IMG/VR virus record: IMGVR_UViG_3300037286_000263
Span: 1-34,600 of that record
Source of the DNA: a virus
Lineage: Duplodnaviria; Caudoviricetes
Length of the DNA: 34,600 nucleotides
Strand: one strand, 5' to 3'
The notes beneath the pieces were generated by a model. The model worked only from the letters and a program-made list of their open reading frames with translations. It was not told the DNA's origin and made no database searches. The position numbers were made by a program, and so were the translations under genes. Shown here in pieces: positions 8,976 through 17,460 of this stretch; position 1 is the stretch's first letter; the number at the start of each line of letters is the position of its first letter.

Positions 8976-9365
8976 ATGGATCAGGCGGCGTTTGATTTTG
9001 ATCTGAGACTGACGGACGAGGAGCGGGCGGTTTACTCCTTACTGGAGACGGGTCGTGCCAATGCTCTCTCCGCGCGGGATATAGCGGACAGGACGGGTAT
9101 GAGCGACGTCCGGATCCGCCAGACCGTCCGCAGCCTCGTTATGGAGCACAACTTCCTGGTGGCCTCCGTCGTAAACCCGCCGCCGGGCTTCTTCCTCCCG
9201 GAGACGGCCGACGAAATTATCAACGCAACCCGGAGCCTGCGGCATCGGGGAATCATGATCCTGGTCCGGGCTGCCCGTTTACAGAAATCGTCCCTGGAAC
9301 TGGTCTTCAATCAGGGACGTCTTGAACTTGAATCAGAGAGAAGGGAAACTGTTTCATGCGGCTGA
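8976..9365 (+). CDS. Winged-helix DNA-binding protein
   Basis: GRANALSARDIADRTGMSDVRIRQTVRSL...GFF wHTH pattern; ATG 8976 just after upstream stop. Confidence 0.75.
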   Translation: MDQAAFDFDLRLTDEERAVYSLLETGRANALSARDIADRTGMSDVRIRQTVRSLVMEHNFLVASVVNPPPGFFLPETADEIINATRSLRHRGIMILVRAARLQKSSLELVFNQGRLELESERRETVSCG

Positions 9366-9859
9366 TCTGTCCATCATGCGGGGCAATCGCAAGCGCGGAA
9401 GCCTGGATGAACGACTCGATCATCCGGAACTTCTTTGAAACGGCGCTGCGCCTCCCCTCGCCCGTCCAGATCCGGACGTTGCATTACCTGGGGCTCTTCC
9501 GCCAGGGGACCAGGGCGCTTCCCTGGCGGAGGGCCCTGACGCTCGCCAAGAGCCTGCGGGATCTGACCGAGCAGGAAACGGTCCACTGGCAGGGCGGCGA
9601 GACGCGTCCCGTCACGCCGGAAATCTGGGGGACGGCGATGGAAGCGACCCTGGCGAGCAACCCCAAGGGCCTGCGGAATCACAATTATCTGAGGAAATGC
9701 GCCTACGATCTGGCGGCGGAGCTGGCAGCCAGGGCCGAAGCGGACCGCGAGGCGGCCCGTAAGAGGCGGACTCGGGAAGTGGATGAGGCCCCGGCGCCGT
9801 TGTCGGAAACGGCCCGCCAGGCCATTGAGGATCTCAAGCAAAAATGGGGGCAAAAATGA
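9356..9859 (+). CDS. Conserved Mu-like hypothetical protein with N-terminal CPxCG
   Basis: MRLICPSCG, YLGLFR, LRNHNYL motifs; overlaps neighbours. Confidence 0.75.
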   Translation: MRLICPSCGAIASAEAWMNDSIIRNFFETALRLPSPVQIRTLHYLGLFRQGTRALPWRRALTLAKSLRDLTEQETVHWQGGETRPVTPEIWGTAMEATLASNPKGLRNHNYLRKCAYDLAAELAARAEADREAARKRRTREVDEAPAPLSETARQAIEDLKQKWGQK

Positions 9860-10335
9860 AGATGATCGAGCCGATCCAGGTGCAGTTGATCCATGTTCAA
9901 GCGGCTCAATTGGGCCTGTCTCGGGACGAATACGAGGCGGCCATCGGGGCGCAAACCAAAGGGAAAAAGCAGTCCAGCAAGGAGCTGACCTACTTCGAGG
10001 CGGACGCCTTGATCAATTATTTTGCATCGCTGGGCGCTAAAATCAAATCGAATTACATCCGCACCGCCGGCGCGGCCCGGCGCGCCCGGTGGCAGCCGGC
10101 AAGCGACCGCAGGCGCGCCCGGCGGAATGCGGCCAACGTGGTTGTGCTCGCATCGCCGGATCAACTGGAGATGATCGACGTCCTGGTGAAGAAGATTCCC
10201 TGGCGCTTCGAGGACGGCTATCAGCGGTGGCTGACGAAGTACATGAAGATCAAGCGGATCGTAACAATCGAGCAGGCCAGCGACACGATCGAGGGGCTGA
10301 AAAAGATGCTCGAACACGCGATGATGGGAGCATAA
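9856..10335 (+). CDS. gemA: GemA/gp16-like (DUF1018) protein
   Basis: IHVQAAQLGLSRDEY, SSKELT..EA..LI, QASDTIEGLKKM motifs; ATGA coupling; position before Mor. Confidence 0.8.
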   Translation: MKMIEPIQVQLIHVQAAQLGLSRDEYEAAIGAQTKGKKQSSKELTYFEADALINYFASLGAKIKSNYIRTAGAARRARWQPASDRRRARRNAANVVVLASPDQLEMIDVLVKKIPWRFEDGYQRWLTKYMKIKRIVTIEQASDTIEGLKKMLEHAMMGA

Positions 10336-10337
10336 GG

Positions 10338-10664
10338 ATGACAAAAACCTGGCTTGATTACATCAAAGAAGAACAGTTTTCCGAAGATTACCGGCTTATC
10401 GCGCGCGCGATCGGCCTGGAAAATACCATCAAGCTGGCGCAGGCTCTTCCGAGCGTCTACATCTATCTGGCGAGTCCTGACAAGCTGTTCAAGCCGGCCA
10501 AGGTCGAATATGTGCGCGATCGCTATGCCCAAGCCTGTCCGGAGGAACCTTTTAACCACCGCCACATAGCACTGGAAACGGGACTGTCCATTCGTGAGGT
10601 TTACGACATCGTCGCCGCCCGCAAGGAGGAGCCGAAACAGCCACAGCTTTTCGATGGTGCTTGA
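10338..10664 (+). CDS. mor: Mor/C-family transcription activator
   Basis: IARAIGLENTIKLAQAL..VYIY and C-terminal HTH IALETGLSIREVYDIV; last gene of early block. Confidence 0.85.
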   Translation: MTKTWLDYIKEEQFSEDYRLIARAIGLENTIKLAQALPSVYIYLASPDKLFKPAKVEYVRDRYAQACPEEPFNHRHIALETGLSIREVYDIVAARKEEPKQPQLFDGA

Positions 10665-10703
10665 CATTTTTCAGCGATAAGGTAATAAGCAAACCTGTAA
10701 TTT

Positions 10704-10741
10704 AAAAGAGCCCCTTCATCCCCGAAGGGGCTCTCCTTTTT
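10704..10741 (+). terminator. Rho-independent terminator ending the early operon (possibly bidirectional)
   Basis: 11-bp stem AGAGCCCCTTC/GAAGGGGCTCT, 6-nt loop, followed by CCTTTTT and preceded by an A-run. Confidence 0.85.
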
Positions 10742-10809
10742 GTGCACGCCGCAAAAGACTTCCCCCACGTGATCTGTAATAACCATTCCCGAAATGCCAC
10801 ACCTCCCAA

Positions 10810-10944
10810 GCCGGGGCTTCGGTTTGGCCGCTGAAGCCCCGGCGCCCACGCTCTTACTGATGCCCAGGCCGTTAGGCCCAAATAGAGAGGCGGGGACTGA
10901 CCCGCCAACCGCCCGCCCCCCCAGGCTCTGCCGTGAGGGGGGGC
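10810..10944 (+). promoter_or_regulatory. Structured leader of the late (lysis) operon, four consecutive stem-loops
   Basis: GCCGGGGCTTCGG/CTGAAGCCCCGGC, GGCC-GTTA-GGCC within CTCT/AGAG, GGCGGG/CCCGCC, GCCCCCCC/GGGGGGGC. Confidence 0.5.
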
Positions 10945-10960
10945 AACAAAAGGACAGACG

Positions 10961-11386
10961 ATGAAAGAAAACTTCGACAGGGCCTTTTTACTGGTTATCG
11001 GCGCGGAAGGAAAACCGACCGACGACCCCGACGATCCGGGCGGATTCACCATCTGGGGACTGGCCAAGCGCTACCATCCGGAGATCGACGCCAACACCAC
11101 GATTGAATATGCCAGGCAGGTTTACCGCAAGAAATACTGGGACGTCATCGGCGGGGACGCGCTACCGTCTCCGCTCGATATCGCCGCCTTTGATTGCGCC
11201 GTCAATCCCGGCACGGGCGTGGCGATTGGCCTGCTGAAGAAAACAAGTGACTGGCAGGATTTCATGATCCTCCGGCTCAAGTACTATTCCGAACTCGTTA
11301 GAAAAAATCCCGAAAAAATAAAGTATTTCAGGGGCTGGGCAAACCGGGTTCTGAATTTGTGGGATCAGATCAAGAAGGGAGTGTGA
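10961..11386 (+). CDS. Endolysin, glycoside hydrolase family 108
   Basis: EG....DPDDPGGFTIWG catalytic-type motif, YRKKYWD, FDCAVNPG, YFRGWANRV. Confidence 0.92.
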   Translation: MKENFDRAFLLVIGAEGKPTDDPDDPGGFTIWGLAKRYHPEIDANTTIEYARQVYRKKYWDVIGGDALPSPLDIAAFDCAVNPGTGVAIGLLKKTSDWQDFMILRLKYYSELVRKNPEKIKYFRGWANRVLNLWDQIKKGV

Positions 11387-11388
11387 TC

Positions 11389-11811
11389 ATGGGGATCGCG
11401 GGCATCAATATCGATGTAGGCAGTGTTTTGAATGGCATCGGAAGCCTCGCCAAAGACATCCGGTCTGCCATCACAGGCGAAATTTCCCCGGAACAAAAAG
11501 CGGCGATCCAACAGAAACTCCTGGAAATCGAAAACCAGGGCCTGCAGGCGCAGGTCGAAGTCAATAAAATAGAGGCTCAACACGCCAGTGTCTTCGTCTC
11601 CGGCTGGCGCCCTGCCGTGGGTTGGTGCTGTGTCCTGGGTCTGGCCTATTCGTTTTTGATCCAGCCGCTATGCACCTGGGGCGCAACGATCTTTCATTAT
11701 CCGGCGCCTCCCATTTTGGATACGGGCGTGCTGTTTCAGCTCCTTGTTGGAATGCTCGGTCTTGCCGGGTTCCGTTCCTGGGAGAAGAAAGAAGGGGTGG
11801 CAAAGACCTGA
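11389..11811 (+). CDS. Holin (3TM / GTA-type holin family)
   Basis: VNKIEAQH.S.FVSGWRPAVGW and GMLGLAGFRSWEK motifs; TM segments; follows endolysin. Confidence 0.88.
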   Translation: MGIAGINIDVGSVLNGIGSLAKDIRSAITGEISPEQKAAIQQKLLEIENQGLQAQVEVNKIEAQHASVFVSGWRPAVGWCCVLGLAYSFLIQPLCTWGATIFHYPAPPILDTGVLFQLLVGMLGLAGFRSWEKKEGVAKT

Positions 11812-12161
11812 TGAGTCCCGAACAATTTTCTGCGCTCACGGCCATTGCGGCCATCATTTCAAACGTAGGCGCCTGGCCCCTTGGGTCGATTCTGTTCTCC
11901 ATCGTGTTCGGCCCCTGGGTGGGCATGTGGATGGTCTCCAGGTCCATCGAGAGACGGCACAAGGCGGCGATAGAGATGTACGAATCCAACGTCAAGCTGG
12001 TCAAAAACTACGAGCGGATGGCGGAGGAACAAACCGATACCATCCGGCTCAGCGTTGCCGCGACTACCGAGCTGACGACGTACCTGCGGACAAAGACACC
12101 GTGCCATCAATTAATCTCCACCGGCATGATCAATCTGAGCAAACAAAGGGGCGGCGGATGA
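11811..12161 (+). CDS. Membrane protein of lysis region
   Basis: TGATG coupling; N-terminal hydrophobic segments, then YESNVKLVKNYE coiled region. Confidence 0.7.
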   Translation: MSPEQFSALTAIAAIISNVGAWPLGSILFSIVFGPWVGMWMVSRSIERRHKAAIEMYESNVKLVKNYERMAEEQTDTIRLSVAATTELTTYLRTKTPCHQLISTGMINLSKQRGGG

Positions 12162-12403
12162 GCATCCAGAATGAAATGCGGCGAGTGAGAAAGACGAACC
12201 TGGAATACCGGGGCAAGCGCCTGCGCGACGAGATCCAGAACCTCGCCCGGACAATCTGCATCAACCTTGATTGCAGCCTGAGAAAGCCGGATGATCTGCC
12301 CATCGCCGAGGTGGACGGACAGTTTGACGAGTTGAAGGCGAAATGGGGCGAACTGGCGGTTTCCCTCGAGGAGATCCGCCGTCTCGATGAGGAGCTGAAG
12401 TAA
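12158..12403 (+). CDS. Hypothetical coiled-coil protein
   Basis: ATGA coupling upstream, TAATG coupling downstream; 81 aa. Confidence 0.7.
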   Translation: MSIQNEMRRVRKTNLEYRGKRLRDEIQNLARTICINLDCSLRKPDDLPIAEVDGQFDELKAKWGELAVSLEEIRRLDEELK

Positions 12404-12900
12404 TGGCCGAAAAGGGAGCGCGCACACAACTGGAGGCCGTGGCCCGGCAGATGTTCGTGGATGGGCAGACCCTAACGGCCATCGAAGCCGCGCTGGGGGT
12501 CTCCCGCCAGACGCTCTCCGTCTGGAAGGGGCAGACGAAGAAGCCCGACGAAGAGTTCGATGAGTGGGACAAAGCCCGTGCGCGCAAAGCGTCATTCGGG
12601 CTCAGGATGGAGGCGCTCCTGGAACGCGAGCTGACATTTGCCGAAGAGCGGCAGCCGGGCGCGATCGAGGGAGGGTCCCTCGACAATCTCTCCAAGCTCG
12701 GCTCGCTGGTGGTGCGGTTCCGGGCGGTGGAAGGCCAGGGGGCCGGATACGACAAAGCGAAAGTGTTCCTGGAAAATCTGCAATGGATGGTTTCCTGGTT
12801 GCGGGAAAACGATCCGGAAGGGCTCAAGATGCTGGCGGCGGATTTTGACGCGATGACGATGAAGTTCAAGACGGAGTGCATGAATGGCAGCAATGCGTAA
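12403..12900 (+). CDS. DUF1804-like HTH protein, probable terminase small subunit
   Basis: N-terminal HTH (ARQMFVDGQTLTAIEAALGVSRQTLSVWK), WDKAR motif; directly upstream of large terminase. Confidence 0.78.
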   Translation: MAEKGARTQLEAVARQMFVDGQTLTAIEAALGVSRQTLSVWKGQTKKPDEEFDEWDKARARKASFGLRMEALLERELTFAEERQPGAIEGGSLDNLSKLGSLVVRFRAVEGQGAGYDKAKVFLENLQWMVSWLRENDPEGLKMLAADFDAMTMKFKTECMNGSNA

Positions 12901-14425
12901 ACGTCCGAACCTGACCGAGGGGCAGTTCGACAAGCAGGTCGAGGAGCTGAAGAAATGGATCCGCGAATCCGTTTCTCCCTTCGAACGCGACACGCCCGCG
13001 AAACAGGCCGCCCGCAAGGAGCGGGGCCGTACGGAGCTGCTGTATTTTTTTGCCACGTATCTGCCGCATTATTTTAACGTCGCCTTCGCCGACTGCCACG
13101 GCGAATGGCAGGAGATCACCGAACTGCAAGACCAACTTGCGCTGGTCGGTGCTCCCCGCGAACTGGCCAAGTCGACCTTTTTCACTCTCGGCAACAATAT
13201 TCACAAGATCGCCTACGCACTCAAGCGCTTTCCCTGGGTTTGTTCCGACACCCACGAGCAGGCGGCGGCGTTCACGCTCCAGATCAAGCTTGAGCTGGAG
13301 GAGAACCCGCGACTCAAGCACGACTTCGGCGCGCTCAAGACGAAAAACTGGAGCGACGACGAGTTCGAAACCACCAACGGCGTCAAGGTCCTGGCCCGGG
13401 GCCGCAAAGACAAGGTCCGGGGCGTCCGGTATCGGCAGCACCGTCCAGACATGGTGACCTTCGACGACATGGAAAACGACGAGACCGTAGAGAATCCGGA
13501 TACGACGAAGAAAATCAAAAACTGGATCCGCGGTGCCGTTCTCGGGTCCATGGGCAAGGGGTACTCGGCGATCATGGTCGGGAACCTCTTCTCCCCGCTC
13601 TCCGCCATTTCACAACTCATTGCCGATCAGGATGAAGAGGGACGGCCGCGGTACGTCACCAAGGTGTACGACCTGATCCTGGACGAGGGCACGCCCAACG
13701 AGCGTTCCCTCTGGCCGGCAGCATGGCCGATGGACCGAATCCGGAAGAAGAGGCATGACGTCGGCTCGTACACCTTCAACAAGGAATACCGGAACCGGGT
13801 CGGCGTCGACGACTCGCCCTTCCCGGAGGAGCAGGCCGCCTATTACGAGCGGATCGAGATTGTCAACCGTAATTTGATCTTCTGTACCGCCGTGGATCCC
13901 TCCGGCACCGCCAAATCCGGGAGCGACTTCCGGGCCGTGGTGACCTTCGGCCTCGACCCGAAGGAGATGGTCTTTCCCTGTATGCACGCCTGGATCAAGC
14001 GTCGGTCGATCGGGGAGATGTTCGCCGCCGCCTACCTGCAGCACGACCAGTATCCGGGGCCGGTATGCGTCGAGGAGAATATGTTCAAGGATTTTCTCCA
14101 CGAGGCGATCAACAACTACGCGAAGCAGAACGCCCGCTATCTTCCCTGGGCGCCCATCCAGCACAGCGCCAACAAGAACGCCCGGATCGTGGGGACCTGC
14201 TCCTATCTCTGGGAGTTCAAGAAGATCCTCTTCGAGAAGAACCACAGCGACCAGGCGATCCTGCGCGAACAGTTCGTTTATATCTTCGTACCGACGGTCC
14301 ACGACGACGGCCCGGACGCCGCCGAGATGGCGATCAGCCACCTGCAGAAGGGGGCCGGCACAAAGATCGAATACGAAACGGTTCAATCCCGGGCGTTCGG
14401 CGGTTTAAAAAGGGGGGCGTGGTGA
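12884..14425 (+). CDS. Terminase large subunit
   Basis: Walker A-like APRELAKST, Walker B RPDMVTFDDME, nuclease motifs AVDPS and HDDGPDA. Confidence 0.93.
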   Translation: MAAMRKRPNLTEGQFDKQVEELKKWIRESVSPFERDTPAKQAARKERGRTELLYFFATYLPHYFNVAFADCHGEWQEITELQDQLALVGAPRELAKSTFFTLGNNIHKIAYALKRFPWVCSDTHEQAAAFTLQIKLELEENPRLKHDFGALKTKNWSDDEFETTNGVKVLARGRKDKVRGVRYRQHRPDMVTFDDMENDETVENPDTTKKIKNWIRGAVLGSMGKGYSAIMVGNLFSPLSAISQLIADQDEEGRPRYVTKVYDLILDEGTPNERSLWPAAWPMDRIRKKRHDVGSYTFNKEYRNRVGVDDSPFPEEQAAYYERIEIVNRNLIFCTAVDPSGTAKSGSDFRAVVTFGLDPKEMVFPCMHAWIKRRSIGEMFAAAYLQHDQYPGPVCVEENMFKDFLHEAINNYAKQNARYLPWAPIQHSANKNARIVGTCSYLWEFKKILFEKNHSDQAILREQFVYIFVPTVHDDGPDAAEMAISHLQKGAGTKIEYETVQSRAFGGLKRGAW

Positions 14426-14500
14426 AGAAAAAGGCCAGGCCCCGGAAAATGCCTCAGGATCGATTGAGGGGCGCCAGGCAGCCCAATGGTCTCATGATTT

Positions 14501-14529
14501 CGTTGACATTGTTTATAACTATGTCAACG
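14501..14529. repeat. AT-rich near-perfect inverted repeat between terminase and portal
   Basis: CGTTGACAT-T-GTT-TAT-AAC-T-ATGTCAACG; each arm contains TTGACA. Confidence 0.8.
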
Positions 14530-14552
14530 GGCCTCACGGGGGTATTTTTGAG

Positions 14553-16196
14553 ATGCTGTTAGACCAGTTTGGAAAAGAGATCGACGTCAAACGGAAACCC
14601 GATACCCGTGAGATCGCCGTCACGACGATCCGGGACCGCTGGAGTAACTACCCCTCCGGCGGGCTGACGCCCCAGCGGCTGGCGACGATCTTCAAGGAGG
14701 CCGACCAGGGCGACGTGGCCCGCCAGGCGGAACTCTTCGAGGAAATGGAGGAGAAGGACGCGCACCTGTTCTCCGAACTCCAGACCCGCAAGAACGCCGT
14801 CCACGGCCTGGATTACGAAATCGCCCCCTGGTCGGAAAGCGCCGAAGATAAGAAAATTCGGGATTTTGTCTCCGATTGCATTTTGTCTCTGGCGAGTTTC
14901 GATGATGCCCTGCTGGATCTGCTCGATGCAATCGGCAAGGGCTATGCCATGCAGGAAATTGTCTGGGATTCCGAAAGCAGCAAATCCAGCAGCAAGTCCT
15001 TCATCGCCCGACTGGAATGGATCCACGCCAAAAAGGCTGTTTTCTATGAACGCGGCGCAACGAACATGTGGGCGAAAAGTTTCGAGATGCCCCGGATCGT
15101 GACGGAGGTCGAGCCGTTCAACGGCGAGGTCATGCCGCCCTTCAAGCTGGTTTACCACCGATATAAAGCCCGTTCCGGCTACGATACCCGCGCGGGAATT
15201 CTCCGGGTCTGCGCCTGGATGTACCTATTTAAAAACTATGCGCTCAAGGACTGGGTGGCCTTTGCGGAGGTATTCGGAATGCCGCTGCGCATCGGCAAAT
15301 ACGATGCGCGCGCAGACAAGGCCGACAAGGACGCCTTGGCCGCGGCTATCCGCTCCCTGGGATCGGATGCCGCCGGAATCATCTCCAAGAACACGGAGAT
15401 CGAGTTTGTCGAAACGGTCAAGAATAGCGGCACGAATAACATCTACGAGACGCTGGCCAATTTCTGCGACAAGCAGATGTCGAAGGCAATCCTCGGCCAG
15501 ACGGCCACCACGGAAGGCACGCCCGGCAAGCTCGGCAATGAAGACGCCCAGGACAGGGTCCGCCATGATCTGATCAAGGCGGACGCCGAAAGCCTCGGCA
15601 AAACAATTCGACATCAAATCATCCGGCCCTTGGTGGGCTACAACTTCGGCTGGGACAAACGCCTGCCCTGGTTCAATCTTCTGTATGAAAAGCCGGAAGA
15701 CCTCAAGAACCTCATGGAGGTCTACAACGGCGCGGCCAAGATAGGGCAGCCGATCTCCGCCGAGCATGTGTCCGAGCGGTTCAAGATCCCGCTGCCCAAA
15801 AAGGGGGAGACGGTCTTGGAGCCTCGTCAGGGTTCGCTCGCTGATGGAGATGTCCCGCTGGCTGCCAAAGCAAGGGCGCATTTAAACGAACGCCCCGGGA
15901 CGAGGGTCATCATAGCCTCGGGTGGGGAAGACGCGCCTGAAGGCGAAATCGACGCGGAGGATCGGATTGTCGGGCGACTCTCGGCTGAGGCCGGTCCGAT
16001 CACAGACGAGTTCGTGGAGACGATCCGCTGTCTTGTAGACGACCCCTCTGTCAAGGATCTGGAAGATCTGCGGGAACGGCTTTTCGATCTGTGGGGAGCT
16101 ATGGATCTGGCAGCCCTGGGCGCTGCGATCGCACGTGCGACCGCTGTTGCGGAGCTGGCAGGCATGTCGGAAGTCCAAGACGAAACGGGGGCGTAG
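14553..16196 (+). CDS. Portal protein (Mu gp29 / DUF935 family)
   Basis: LFEEMEEKDAHL.SELQTRK, FAEVFGMPLRIGKY, SKAILGQT motifs. Confidence 0.95.
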   Translation: MLLDQFGKEIDVKRKPDTREIAVTTIRDRWSNYPSGGLTPQRLATIFKEADQGDVARQAELFEEMEEKDAHLFSELQTRKNAVHGLDYEIAPWSESAEDKKIRDFVSDCILSLASFDDALLDLLDAIGKGYAMQEIVWDSESSKSSSKSFIARLEWIHAKKAVFYERGATNMWAKSFEMPRIVTEVEPFNGEVMPPFKLVYHRYKARSGYDTRAGILRVCAWMYLFKNYALKDWVAFAEVFGMPLRIGKYDARADKADKDALAAAIRSLGSDAAGIISKNTEIEFVETVKNSGTNNIYETLANFCDKQMSKAILGQTATTEGTPGKLGNEDAQDRVRHDLIKADAESLGKTIRHQIIRPLVGYNFGWDKRLPWFNLLYEKPEDLKNLMEVYNGAAKIGQPISAEHVSERFKIPLPKKGETVLEPRQGSLADGDVPLAAKARAHLNERPGTRVIIASGGEDAPEGEIDAEDRIVGRLSAEAGPITDEFVETIRCLVDDPSVKDLEDLRERLFDLWGAMDLAALGAAIARATAVAELAGMSEVQDETGA

Positions 16197-16949
16197 ATGA
16201 CCATTGCAGCTATCTTCGGCCTTCCGTTCCTCGAGCAGATCGCGTTCTTTCGCAAGAAGTTGACCGTGCCGACGCGCAAGTGGGACGACCTCTGGAAGGA
16301 TCAGCATGCCAAGGGCTTCATGATCGCCGGGGCGATGAAGGCGGACCTGCTGAGCGATTTCAGGAACGCCGTGGACAAGGCGATCGCCGGCGGAAAGACC
16401 CTGGGTGACTTTCGCCGTGATTTCGACCGGATTGTCGAGAGGCACGGCTGGAGCTACAAGGGCGGGCGGAACTGGCGCACCCGGGTAATCTACGACACGA
16501 ACGTCCGGACGTCCATCGCCGCAGGCCGCTGGCAGCAGTTAAACGACCCGGATGTCAAGGGCTTTTACGGATACCTGGTCTACCGCCACGGAGACAGCAT
16601 CCAGCCGCGGCCCGAGCATTTGGCCTGGGACGGCCTGGTTCTTCCGGCGGATGATCCCTGGTGGAAGACCCACTATCCGCCGAACGGATGGGGTTGCAAG
16701 TGCAGGGTTTTCGCGGCCGCCAAAGATGAGTTCGAAAAAGCCGGAAAACCCAAGGCGCCGCGATCGCCGATCGACCCGAAGACCAGGGAGCCCCTCGGGA
16801 TCGACAAGGGATGGGGCTACAACGTCGGGGAAGCCGGGATGGAACGGTCGCACATGATTCTGGAGAGCGCCGCGGCCCGGTTGCCGGTAGTGCTGGCTGA
16901 GAAATTGCGGGCCGAGATCGCGGCTTACTCGGGGGTGGGCAATGGCTGA
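16197..16949 (+). CDS. Head morphogenesis protein (Mu gpF/gp30 family)
   Basis: EQIAFFRKK, IYDTNVRT...AGRW, RPEH.AWDG, PPNGWGCKC motifs. Confidence 0.93.
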   Translation: MTIAAIFGLPFLEQIAFFRKKLTVPTRKWDDLWKDQHAKGFMIAGAMKADLLSDFRNAVDKAIAGGKTLGDFRRDFDRIVERHGWSYKGGRNWRTRVIYDTNVRTSIAAGRWQQLNDPDVKGFYGYLVYRHGDSIQPRPEHLAWDGLVLPADDPWWKTHYPPNGWGCKCRVFAAAKDEFEKAGKPKAPRSPIDPKTREPLGIDKGWGYNVGEAGMERSHMILESAAARLPVVLAEKLRAEIAAYSGVGNG

Positions 16950-17460
16950 AATCACGGTCAAGGTGGACGACGAGTCGGTACAAAAGGCCCTGGCCGAGCT
17001 GGCCGGGAAAATGGCTGACCGGTCGCCGGTGATGAAGGTGATCGGGGAATATATGGTTCGCTCGACGGAAGACCGTTTCAAACGACAGGGACCGGCCCCG
17101 GATGGGTCGCCCTGGGCGCCGCTGAAGCCTTCGACCCTGAAGCGCAAGAAGCACTCGAAGACCCTGACCGAATCCGGCGCGCTGCGCGGGGATATCCACT
17201 ATCAGCTCCTCGGCGCAAACGGCGTCTCCATCGGAACAACTGGGCGCGTTCCCTACGGTGCAATCCACCAGCTCGGCGGCCGAACGGCCCCGAGGGTCAT
17301 TCTTCCCAACCGGAAGAAGGCTCTCCGGACGCCCTATGGAATTTTCAAAAAAGTGAACCATCCCGGTTCGGTCATCCCCGCCCGGCCGTTTCTGGGGGTG
17401 AGCGATACGGACAGTGGGAAGATCGTCGGAATCATCAACCATTACCTGGGTATGAGGTGA
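16942..17460 (+). CDS. Virion morphogenesis protein (Mu gpG family)
   Basis: PDGSPWAPL, L..SG.LR, YGAIHQLGG, IPARPFLG motifs. Confidence 0.93.
   Translation: MAEITVKVDDESVQKALAELAGKMADRSPVMKVIGEYMVRSTEDRFKRQGPAPDGSPWAPLKPSTLKRKKHSKTLTESGALRGDIHYQLLGANGVSIGTTGRVPYGAIHQLGGRTAPRVILPNRKKALRTPYGIFKKVNHPGSVIPARPFLGVSDTDSGKIVGIINHYLGMR

Noticed and set aside
10661-10688. Sigma70 promoter at the end of mor (TTGACA ... TAATAA)
   Set aside because: The -10 is weak with a 16-bp spacer, and any transcript would hit the terminator within about 50 nt; not supportable.
10851-10887. Hammerhead-ribozyme-like core CTGATG-CCC-A-GGCC-GTTA-GGCC-CAAA
   Set aside because: Resembles CUGAUGA-stem II-GAAA but has a 3-nt insertion, GAAA changed to CAAA, and no third stem or cleavage triplet; at most a relic or coincidence.
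11811-12403. Rz/Rz1 spanin pair
   Set aside because: No lipobox-bearing o-spanin ORF recognised; the two genes are left as membrane and coiled-coil hypotheticals.
14976-14999. 12-bp tandem duplication in portal (AGCAGCAAATCC / AGCAGCAAGTCC)
   Set aside because: In-frame two-copy micro-duplication in a probable loop; no sign of phase variation.
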